A stretch of DNA of 64,000 nucleotides, from positions 2,992 through 66,991 of the forward strand of contig CAYNGH010000003.1 in assembly GCA_964396845.1 (NCBI GenBank), written 5' to 3'. Positions 56,998 to 64,000 of the stretch are shown piece after piece (positions within the stretch are counted from its first letter, which is position 1; each line of letters starts with the position of its first letter). A model generated the notes under the pieces. That model had not been told where the DNA came from, made no database searches, and worked only from the letters and a program-made list of their open reading frames with translations. This DNA is from an uncultured bacterium. GTDB taxonomy: Bacteria > Vulcanimicrobiota > JAJTBE01 > CAYNGH01. The translations under genes were made by a program, and so were the position numbers.

Positions 56998-57129
56998 GGC
57001 GTTTCTCCAGAATAATATAGATACCAGATAAATTTTTGATTGATGACAGTTTTCCTTTACAACAGGAGAAATATCGTAAATACAATCCAAAACAAGACTT
57101 ACGCATTTTTTATTTTCGGGGGAACCTTG

Positions 57130-57358
57130 CAGTCAGGGCTGGGGTTTCGAAAGGCATTATTCTCCTGCCCAGGGGGTGGGACAGGAAGTTCACAGGATTC
57201 CTTCATCGGACACGATGTCCGATACTCCGGGAGCGCCAGGTACGGCGTATTCCGGAGGGAAAGGAATCTGTGAGGCGACATGGAGCAAACCGCCCCAAAG
57301 CAGGAAAGACACCATCCAGACGGCACAGCTACTGAGTTATATTACTTAACCGAACACC
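57130..57358 (-). mobile_element. partial inverted copy of the MITE-like element (outer TIR intact, inner end truncated)
   Basis: Reverse complement of 57130-57358 aligns at ~90% identity to 51491-51733 with one ~14-nt indel; retains CTTAACCGAACACC at 57345-57358; lacks the second TIR. Confidence 0.55.
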
Positions 57359-57512
57359 AGTTTAATAAGCTTAAAGTGGATGTCTATGGGTTTTCCAGTG
57401 CATCGTATCAACAGAATAACATTTCATCACATTTATAAGGGGATCCGTTTTTTAATGGTGCTTATGACACCTACAAAAGAGTATAGAGGCCAGACATATC
57501 TGTCAGAAACAT

Positions 57513-59144
57513 TCAACGAACCCCGCGGGAAGAACAAAATGCATATAGGATGCCCCTGGTGGTGGCGACATAGAGAAAGCCATCGGAAACCACCGGTGAG
57601 GTGCGAATCGGCGAATCCAGGCGGTATTTCCACAGTTCTTCACCAGTTTCCAGATCCCGGCAATAAACATAGCCAGAGTTGGATCCGATAAAAATCAGCC
57701 TGTTGCCGGTAATAACCGGGGTTGAGAAAATAGAATCCACCAGCCGGATTCGAGTGTTTCTTCTGCGCCAGTTTTCTCCTCCGGCATGCATGTTAAGGGA
57801 TATGACGTGCTGAGTGCCGGTGCCAACGATTATACTCCCGAACCCTATGGAGGGGGATCCTTCCACAACTCCGTCAAGATCAACGGTGAACTGCCAAGAG
57901 TCGAAGCCTTTCTTCTCATCGACAGAATAAAACTTCCCTGAGCGATCGGGAATAAAACATTGTCCTGCCGACACCGAGGGAGTTGACACAAAACAGGATT
58001 CCACCGGCCCGTCACCGGGAAAACTCCACAATATCGTCCCATCGTTGGCATCAAGACAATAAAGCCTGCCGTTCTTACCCGGCACAAATATCTTCCAGTC
58101 ACAAAATGCCGGCCCTGGTGCAAGCCCTGTGGTTTCAACAGCCGAATCCCCGACATCCAGCTCCCTGATGAGGGTTGACCATTTAAATCCCCCCCCCTTC
58201 TCGTCAAGACAAATCACCTGCCCCGCATCACTGACCGCCACCACCCCGGCAGGACATGCCAAAAGGGGAGCAGAAATCTCCCCTAAATTTTCTTCCCGAT
58301 CCGGCGGATATGCCCACAAAGGCTTTCCTTTCATGGCCTCCTGGGCATAAATCCTGCCGTCACATGAGGCGATAAATATAACACCATTTGTTATTGCAGG
58401 TGTCGAAAGTATGTTCCCGTTAGTAGGTTTTTTCCATATAAGTTCACCACTATATTGATTTAGTGCATGTAGATGCTTATTACACGATCCGTAATATATG
58501 ATGCCATTATGAACCACAGGAGAAGCCAGAATTCTTTCTGCTTTCCTGGTGTCGGGATATGACCAACACAGCTTGAGATCCGGACTCAGCACATCAGGGG
58601 TACAGCCGGAACGGCCAGGATCTCCTTTGAACATTGGCCAGTTTCCCGGATCCAAAGGCACTTTGGCACCGCAATGAGAACAGGCCGACCCACCGGGGAC
58701 GAGATATTTCCTGCAACCATCACAGAAACGAACTCTCCGGTAACATTCAGAACAATAACGCATCTCATCTGTCAGGGGATTCTCGCAGTCAGGGTATGGA
58801 CAGAGATGTTTTACCGGAGTTTCATCTGATCGGGTAGAACCGGCAATGTCCCGGCGATAGCTGACCAGCTCGAACCCGCAGTGATTGCAGAACCGGGCCT
58901 TGCGCCCCGACAAAAGAACTTCACCGCAGTTGGGACAGTGAGCAGTTATAACCCGCACTGATTCTGTCTTGTAATTATCTCGTCGAGGATTTGGCTCCTG
59001 TGGTGGAAGATTTCTGCCGGTACGGGAACAGAACCGGGCATCGGCCCGATGCATCTTACCGCAGTAGGGGCAGGCCCTCTGAGGCCCCCTGACCCTGGAC
59101 AAATGCAACCCTCCTTTGTTAATCAGTTCTTCTGACGTTAACAT
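57513..59144 (-). CDS. multi zinc-ribbon + PQQ-like beta-propeller repeat protein
   Basis: From MLTSEELINK. Four or more C-x2-C...C-x2-C zinc-ribbon modules (CPYCGKMHRADARFC, CPNCGEVLLSGRKARFCNHCG, CSECYRRVRFCDGC, CSHCGAKV), then repeated PQQ-type blades (LWSFPGDGPVESCFVSTPSVSAGQCFI, LWKYRLDSPIRTSPVVSDGFLYVAT, etc.). Confidence 0.65.
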   Translation of the reverse strand: MLTSEELINKGGLHLSRVRGPQRACPYCGKMHRADARFCSRTGRNLPPQEPNPRRDNYKTESVRVITAHCPNCGEVLLSGRKARFCNHCGFELVSYRRDIAGSTRSDETPVKHLCPYPDCENPLTDEMRYCSECYRRVRFCDGCRKYLVPGGSACSHCGAKVPLDPGNWPMFKGDPGRSGCTPDVLSPDLKLCWSYPDTRKAERILASPVVHNGIIYYGSCNKHLHALNQYSGELIWKKPTNGNILSTPAITNGVIFIASCDGRIYAQEAMKGKPLWAYPPDREENLGEISAPLLACPAGVVAVSDAGQVICLDEKGGGFKWSTLIRELDVGDSAVETTGLAPGPAFCDWKIFVPGKNGRLYCLDANDGTILWSFPGDGPVESCFVSTPSVSAGQCFIPDRSGKFYSVDEKKGFDSWQFTVDLDGVVEGSPSIGFGSIIVGTGTQHVISLNMHAGGENWRRRNTRIRLVDSIFSTPVITGNRLIFIGSNSGYVYCRDLETGEELWKYRLDSPIRTSPVVSDGFLYVATTRGILYAFCSSRGVR

Positions 59145-59258
59145 TTTTCGAAAAAAAAAAGCATTTACCTGCACAAATAAATGCACTGGGGAAACTTCCA
59201 ATGCCACAGAGGGAAACACTCCTGCCCGGATTAACATTACAAACCAGAAAGCAGGGGT

Positions 59259-59789
59259 GTGTACAAAATGGAGATTGTCATTGTAATGGTCCAGAGCGCC
59301 GACGGAAGAATCGCAAAACATTCAAGCCATGTGTCCTTTGAATGGAACTCCCGGGAAGACAAACTCTACTTCCGGGAACTGACCCGGAATGCCCCCCTGG
59401 TAATCATGGGCCGGCGGACTTTCGAAACATTAAACAGCCCCATTCCCGGCCCCCTCAATATAATCCTCACCAGCACTCCCGACAGATATAAAGCCATACC
59501 TGGTCGCCTGGAATATATATGCGCAGACCCGGCCCGACTGGTAAAACAAATGGAACGCCGGGGATTCAGCAAGGCCCTCCTCCTGGGAGGCTCCACCACC
59601 AATACCGCCTTTCTGGAAGCTGGACTGGTGAACCGGATTAACCTTACACAGGAAGGGATTCTGTTCGGCAAAGGCCCGGGAATATGCCGGGAACTTTCAA
59701 AAGATATCAAACTCAAGGTAATTGAAGCGGCTCCATTATCCCAAGATAGTATCATAATTAAATATTCTGTGTTGAATAAACAGCAATAG
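59259..59789 (+). CDS. dihydrofolate-reductase-fold protein (RibD C-terminal domain-like)
   Basis: MEIVIVMVQSADGRIA..., LVIMGRRTFETL, ALLLGGSTTNTAFLEAGLVNRINLT are the conserved DHFR/RibD_C blocks. GTG start. Confidence 0.6.
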   Translation: MYKMEIVIVMVQSADGRIAKHSSHVSFEWNSREDKLYFRELTRNAPLVIMGRRTFETLNSPIPGPLNIILTSTPDRYKAIPGRLEYICADPARLVKQMERRGFSKALLLGGSTTNTAFLEAGLVNRINLTQEGILFGKGPGICRELSKDIKLKVIEAAPLSQDSIIIKYSVLNKQQ

Positions 59790-59980
59790 ATTAAATTTTA
59801 TCTAATTGCTTCCATTTTTAAAATGAATTTATTCACAGTATTTTAGCTAAATAGATAAAATTGGATTTTTAATTCACGGGAGAAGTATCAAATGGGTAAT
59901 AATTATTGAAAGGAATTTAATTAATTTTGTTTAATTAATTAGAACAGACTCCACCAGTCATCAGGAAAACATATTAGGAG

Positions 59981-60409
59981 GTGCAACCTGTGACATTTCG
60001 CAGAGTGGGCAGCAGTTACATGGTCCGCCTTTTCAAGGGTGAAGAGAAAATTGACACCTTAAAAGGGTTTCTGAGAAAATACGGGATAACCGCAGGAACC
60101 GTTTCAGGGATCGGGGCCACCGATGATGTGACCATCGGGTATTTTGACCCGGAGAAAAAAGAATACCAGAAAAAAACTTTTCAGGGAGATTTTGAGATTT
60201 TGAACCTGTCGGGGAATGTCACCATGCTGGATGGTGAGCCCCTGCTTCATCTTCACATACTTCTGGGGGACCGGGAATACAGGGTTTCCGGGGGGCACCT
60301 GTTTTCCGCCAATGTCAGTGTAACCTGTGAAGTTTTCGTCAAGGGACTCGACACAATAATTCATCGTGAGATGGACCCGGAAACAGGATTGAACCTGATG
60401 AAGCTGTAA
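59981..60409 (+). CDS. PPC-domain (DUF296) protein
   Basis: 142 aa; GEEKIDTLKGFLRKYGITAGTVSGIGATDDVTIGYFD ... GEPLLHLHILLGD pattern typical of PPC/DUF296 proteins. Confidence 0.6.
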   Translation: MQPVTFRRVGSSYMVRLFKGEEKIDTLKGFLRKYGITAGTVSGIGATDDVTIGYFDPEKKEYQKKTFQGDFEILNLSGNVTMLDGEPLLHLHILLGDREYRVSGGHLFSANVSVTCEVFVKGLDTIIHREMDPETGLNLMKL

Positions 60410-60673
60410 TTATTTCAATGCAGGCCCCTGTTAAGAGGAATTAGTCCCGGTTCTGTCAAAAAATCTTATGGAATCTTTTATGTGATCTTCAATTAGCCTC
60501 AACCGGTACCGATACACAAGCACCAGTCGGCACCAATCCGGGAATAACCGAAAGCCCGGCAATGAAGCATCAATGAAGCATCATGTTAAAAGGGTTTTGT
60601 TTTACAAGGGCAGAAATCATCGCAAACTGGTTTTTTTACTTTCGGTTATTTTTATTCCGGACACAGAAAGGAA

Positions 60674-62287
60674 GTGTATTCTTTGCAGAAGTTGGTCGAA
60701 AGGAGCGATTTTTCTGAAATTCGCCCGAACTTTTTACCTGCCCAGGCAATCCTTGAGGCTCAGCGGTGTCTTTACTGTTTTGACGCCCCATGCCGTGAAG
60801 GCTGTCCTGCCGGCATTGATATTCCTCATTTCATACAGGCGATCCGCACCCACAACCTGAAGCGGGCTGCCCGGATAATCAGCCGGGACAACCCTCTGGG
60901 TTCAGTATGTGGAAGGGTCTGCCCCGTGGAAAGACTGTGCGAGGAAAAATGCACTGCCAGAAAAATCAACGGAAAATCTATCCAGATATCAATGCTTCAG
61001 CGATATGCCGTGGACAACGCCGACTACCGCCACCCCACAGCTACAGGCAACGGCCGTAAAGTGGCAGTGGTAGGCTCTGGCCCGGCAGGCCTCAGCTGTG
61101 CTGTAATCCTTGCCCGCAACGGTTATGAAGTCACTGTGTTTGAGTCCAAGAGCGTCGCCGGCGGAATGGTTGCCCTGGGAGTGCCCCAGTATCGGTGTCC
61201 TCACCAGGTAACCCAGGAAGAGATTCAAAGAATCGAATCAGAAGGGGTTGAAATCCGACTGTCCACCCCGGTGAATCAGGACATATCCCAGCTTTTCCAG
61301 TTGGGATACGAAGCGGTTTTTGTAGGCGTGGGGCTGACCCGTTCATACCGGCCCGACATGCCCGGCATGGAACTATCAGGAATATATATGGGCCTGGACT
61401 TCCTCAACCGCATCGGCACCGGAGATACCCCGCCGGTGGGCAAAAGGGTCGTGGTGGTAGGCGGAGGGGATACTGCTCTGGATTGCGCCCGTTCTGCCCT
61501 GCGTTTGGGAGCAGAAGAAGCCACCATCATGTACCGCCGTTCAATGATTGAACTGCCCGCGGACTCTGAAGAGATTCATCAGGCGCTGGAAGAAGGGATC
61601 ATATTCCGCACCCTTACTAATCCCGTTGCCCTTCATGGCGATGAAAAGGGGATACTCCGGGCTGTGGAAGCTGTCAACATCAAGCTGGGATCCCCGGATG
61701 AATCGGGCCGGAGAAGCCCGGCAGAGATAAGAGGGTCCAATTTCCGCATCCCCTGCAATACAATCATTTTTGCCATCGGCACCGAGCCGTCCAATCTCTT
61801 GAAGAAACTGCTTCCTGACGTGGAGTATAAAAAAGACCGATTCCTGGTGGTTGATCCGGAAACCTGCATGACTTCCAGGGAAGGAGTGTTCGCCGGAGGA
61901 GATGTGGTGAACCAGGGAGCCACAGTGGTTGAAGCGGTAGCCGAAGGCAAAAAAGCCGCCCTTGGCATAATGGCATATCTTGAGGCAAAACCTGCAGAGG
62001 ATAAAAGGGATCTGGCGGTGGAATCCCATGACCTGCCCGAGGAATCATCCCAGGAAATTGCCGACGGGACCGAGGACCTGTCCGAGGAATCATCTCCGGA
62101 GATTGAGGATCAGGAAGAGGACATCATCCTCCAGGAGGGGGAAAGCCATGATTCTGACGAGATTGACGCCGAGGAAATAAGAGAAGAGCTGAAGGAAAAA
62201 TGGAAACAGAAACTCAGCGACAGGCAGGGCTCCACAGAAGAAGAAACAGACCCGGAGGAAGATCAGCCGGATTCTGAAGTGGAGTAA
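60674..62287 (+). CDS. preT: glutamate-synthase-small-subunit-like NAD(P)H oxidoreductase (PreT-type dihydropyrimidine dehydrogenase subunit) with ~100-aa acidic C-terminal tail
   Basis: N-terminal 2x[4Fe-4S] Cys motifs (CLYCFDAPCREGCP, CGRVCPVERLCEEKC), two dinucleotide folds (VAVVGSGPAGLSCA, VVVVGGGDTALDCA). Tail is EESSQEIADGTEDLSEESSPEIEDQEEDII.... Confidence 0.75.
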   Translation: MYSLQKLVERSDFSEIRPNFLPAQAILEAQRCLYCFDAPCREGCPAGIDIPHFIQAIRTHNLKRAARIISRDNPLGSVCGRVCPVERLCEEKCTARKINGKSIQISMLQRYAVDNADYRHPTATGNGRKVAVVGSGPAGLSCAVILARNGYEVTVFESKSVAGGMVALGVPQYRCPHQVTQEEIQRIESEGVEIRLSTPVNQDISQLFQLGYEAVFVGVGLTRSYRPDMPGMELSGIYMGLDFLNRIGTGDTPPVGKRVVVVGGGDTALDCARSALRLGAEEATIMYRRSMIELPADSEEIHQALEEGIIFRTLTNPVALHGDEKGILRAVEAVNIKLGSPDESGRRSPAEIRGSNFRIPCNTIIFAIGTEPSNLLKKLLPDVEYKKDRFLVVDPETCMTSREGVFAGGDVVNQGATVVEAVAEGKKAALGIMAYLEAKPAEDKRDLAVESHDLPEESSQEIADGTEDLSEESSPEIEDQEEDIILQEGESHDSDEIDAEEIREELKEKWKQKLSDRQGSTEEETDPEEDQPDSEVE

Positions 62288-62338
62288 CCCGCCGGCTTCA
62301 TCCATATTTCATATGACGCCGGGCACCAGTTCAAGGAT

Positions 62339-63580
62339 ATGCCCGGCACATCAGACAAGGAGGATACAATGGGAGTCGATATAGGCATAGAATATTGCGG
62401 TGTCAAATTTAAAAACCCTTTCCTGCTGGCGGCGGCTCCTCCCAGCGATAAGCCCGACATGGTCCGGCGCGCCTTCGAGGCAGGCTGGGGTGGTGCAGTC
62501 ATCAAAACCCTCTCGGTGGAAACAGAACCGGTAAGCCTGTGCTATCCCATGATGAAGGGGATTTCCCACCGGGGCCAGCCTTTGATGGGTCTGGAGAATA
62601 TTGACCTCATCTCGGAACACCACGTGGACGAGTGGCTTCCGGAGATAACAAAAATCAAGCAGGAGTTTCCCGACAACATACTTATCGCCAGTATAATGGG
62701 TTCAAAAAAAGAAGACTGGCAGGACCTGGTGACCCGCCTTGAGGATGCAGGCATCGACATGATCGAGTGCAGTTTTTCATGTCCCCATGGAATGCCCGAC
62801 CGGGGAATGGGAAGCACCGTGGGCCAGAACCCGGAGTTGACGGAACGCACTGCCCGCTGGGTCAAGGAAGCAGCCAAAAGGGTTCCGGTGATTATCAAGC
62901 TCACCCCCAATGTCACCGACATTACCGGCCCTGCAGAAGCAGTGAAAAAATCCGGAGCCGACTCGGTATGCGCCATCAACACTGTCAAGGGGCTCATCGG
63001 TTACAACCTGGATACCTGGTGTCCCTACCCCGAGGTTGACGGCAAATCCACCTACGGCGGATATTCTGGGCCTGCCATCAAACCCGTAGCATTAAAATGC
63101 GTGTCGGAGATCGTGTCAAAGGTTGGCATCCCGGTGACTGCCGTTGGGGGAATATGGGACTGGACCGACGCGGTGGAATTTTTCCTGTCCGGAGCGGAAA
63201 CAGTTCAGCTTTGCACCTCGGTAATGGCCCAGGGATACCGTATCATCGACGATCTGTGCGAGGGCCTTGCCAATTATCTTGAAGAAAAAAACCTCTCCTG
63301 CCTGCGGGATCTCATCGGCAAGGGCCTTTCCAACATCCGCAGTCACGAGTCCCTTTCCCGGGATTACAAGGTCCATTCATACATTGATCAGGATCTTTGC
63401 ATCCGGTGCGATCTTTGTCATGTGGCCTGCCGGGACGGCGGTCACCAGGCCATTGAACGCCTTGAGGATCGCAAGGTTGTAACCGATACGGAAAAATGCG
63501 TCGGTTGCGGTTTCTGCCCCGCGGTATGTCCCGTGGGCGCTCTGTCCATGATCCCGGCGGATGCTTATCCCGAATCCTGA
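62339..63580 (+). CDS. preA: dihydroorotate-dehydrogenase-like TIM-barrel subunit with C-terminal 2x[4Fe-4S] ferredoxin domain (PreA-type)
   Basis: VKFKNPFLLAAAPPS N-terminus, FMN-barrel motifs, C-terminal CIRCDLCHVAC and CVGCGFCPAVCP. Confidence 0.8.
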   Translation: MPGTSDKEDTMGVDIGIEYCGVKFKNPFLLAAAPPSDKPDMVRRAFEAGWGGAVIKTLSVETEPVSLCYPMMKGISHRGQPLMGLENIDLISEHHVDEWLPEITKIKQEFPDNILIASIMGSKKEDWQDLVTRLEDAGIDMIECSFSCPHGMPDRGMGSTVGQNPELTERTARWVKEAAKRVPVIIKLTPNVTDITGPAEAVKKSGADSVCAINTVKGLIGYNLDTWCPYPEVDGKSTYGGYSGPAIKPVALKCVSEIVSKVGIPVTAVGGIWDWTDAVEFFLSGAETVQLCTSVMAQGYRIIDDLCEGLANYLEEKNLSCLRDLIGKGLSNIRSHESLSRDYKVHSYIDQDLCIRCDLCHVACRDGGHQAIERLEDRKVVTDTEKCVGCGFCPAVCPVGALSMIPADAYPES

Positions 63581-63583
63581 TTC

Positions 63584-63632
63584 TGGTTTATTAAACCAGT
63601 TTGAACAGGGCCTTTTGAGGCCCGTTATTATC
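63584..63632 (+). terminator. possible terminator (two tandem hairpins)
   Basis: CTGGTTTA-tt-AAACCAG then GGGCC-ttttga-GGCCC followed by GTTATTAT; T-run is weak. Confidence 0.35.
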
Positions 63633-63652
63633 AATAATAAAGGGGTTGAAAA

Positions 63653-64000
63653 ATGTTTTCCAAAGCGTACGTGGAAGCACTGGAAGAAAAGTGCAAAGAG
63701 ATCAGAAAAGATATTCTGATGATGCTCCATGAGGCCAAATCGGGCCACTCGGGAGGTTCCCTCTCATCGGTGGAGGTCATGGCTGCCCTCTATTTTTACA
63801 AAATGAGGATCAATCCGGCCGATCCCAGGTGGGAAGGCAGGGATTACTTCATCTTGTCCAAGGGCCATGTCTGCCCCACCCTTTATTCGGTCATGTCCCA
63901 TGCGGGCTTCTTTCCCAGAGAGGAACTCTCCACCCTGCGGAAGATGGGTTCCCGCCTGCAGGGACACCCCCACATGCACAAGCTCCCCGGCCTTGAGAAT
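63653..64000 (+). CDS. transketolase, N-terminal subunit/section (5' part; continues beyond window)
   Basis: RBS AAAGGGG; MFSKAYVEALEEKCKEIRKDILMMLHEAKSGHSGGSLSSVEVMAALYFYKMRINPADPRWEGRDYFILSKGH is the conserved TK N-terminal thiamine-diphosphate-binding segment. Confidence 0.75.
   Translation, partial: MFSKAYVEALEEKCKEIRKDILMMLHEAKSGHSGGSLSSVEVMAALYFYKMRINPADPRWEGRDYFILSKGHVCPTLYSVMSHAGFFPREELSTLRKMGSRLQGHPHMHKLPGLEN

Noticed and set aside
1-64000. CRISPR arrays, tRNA, rRNA, tmRNA, RNase P RNA
   Set aside because: I looked for evenly spaced direct repeats and for the conserved T-loop (GTTCGAATC-like) and other RNA signatures and saw none. A computational scan (tRNAscan-SE, CRISPR finder, Infernal/Rfam) should confirm.

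Overview
This 64-kb window looks like chromosomal DNA from an anaerobic, diderm bacterium with roughly 50-55% GC. The anaerobe call rests on a class III ribonucleotide reductase (nrdDG) and a Na+-translocating methylmalonyl-CoA decarboxylase operon. The diderm call rests on lpxB plus lipoprotein and secreted beta-propeller proteins. Coding density is high on both strands. I could run no searches, so every product call comes from motifs read in the translations. ORF-track start codons include GTG and TTG shown as M, and I moved several starts to internal sites with better ribosome-binding sites or family-typical N-termini. Housekeeping anchors: infC-rpmI-rplT; tmk; recF with a DciA-like DUF721 gene; mnmG; an EF-G paralogue; sfsA; a basic-amino-acid decarboxylase; preT/preA; the start of a transketolase; and a partial FAD oxidoreductase at the 5' edge. 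The accessory regions hold the interesting material. First, a ~285-bp miniature inverted-repeat transposable element (MITE)-like element with perfect 13-bp terminal inverted repeats sits at 51.49-51.78 kb. A second, inverted, inner-truncated copy sits at 57.13-57.36 kb. Together they bracket a 5.9-kb cassette: an S8 subtilase fused to a polytopic membrane domain, a DUF5818-like small protein, an ankyrin-repeat protein, a TPR lipoprotein, and an unusual fusion of a lipoyl domain, an E3-binding domain and a NeuD/PglD-type hexapeptide acetyltransferase. Second, two different peptidoglycan-hydrolase-domain proteins (peptidase M15-like and NlpC/P60) lie 11 kb apart and share a near-identical ~18-residue N-terminal motif. 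Third, a radical-SAM protein with a Cys-rich SPASM/twitch-like C-terminal region is paired with a cysteine-less IscA/HesB-like small protein. Fourth, a ~1-kb AT-rich islet encodes small membrane/coiled-coil proteins. Fifth, a tandem pair of 630-aa paralogues encodes single-pass membrane proteins. Sixth, one five-gene translationally coupled operon joins a sucrose-phosphate-synthase-like GT4, a PfkB kinase, lpxB, an LpxB-related glycosyltransferase and an ICMT-family methyltransferase. I found no CRISPR array, tRNA or rRNA.
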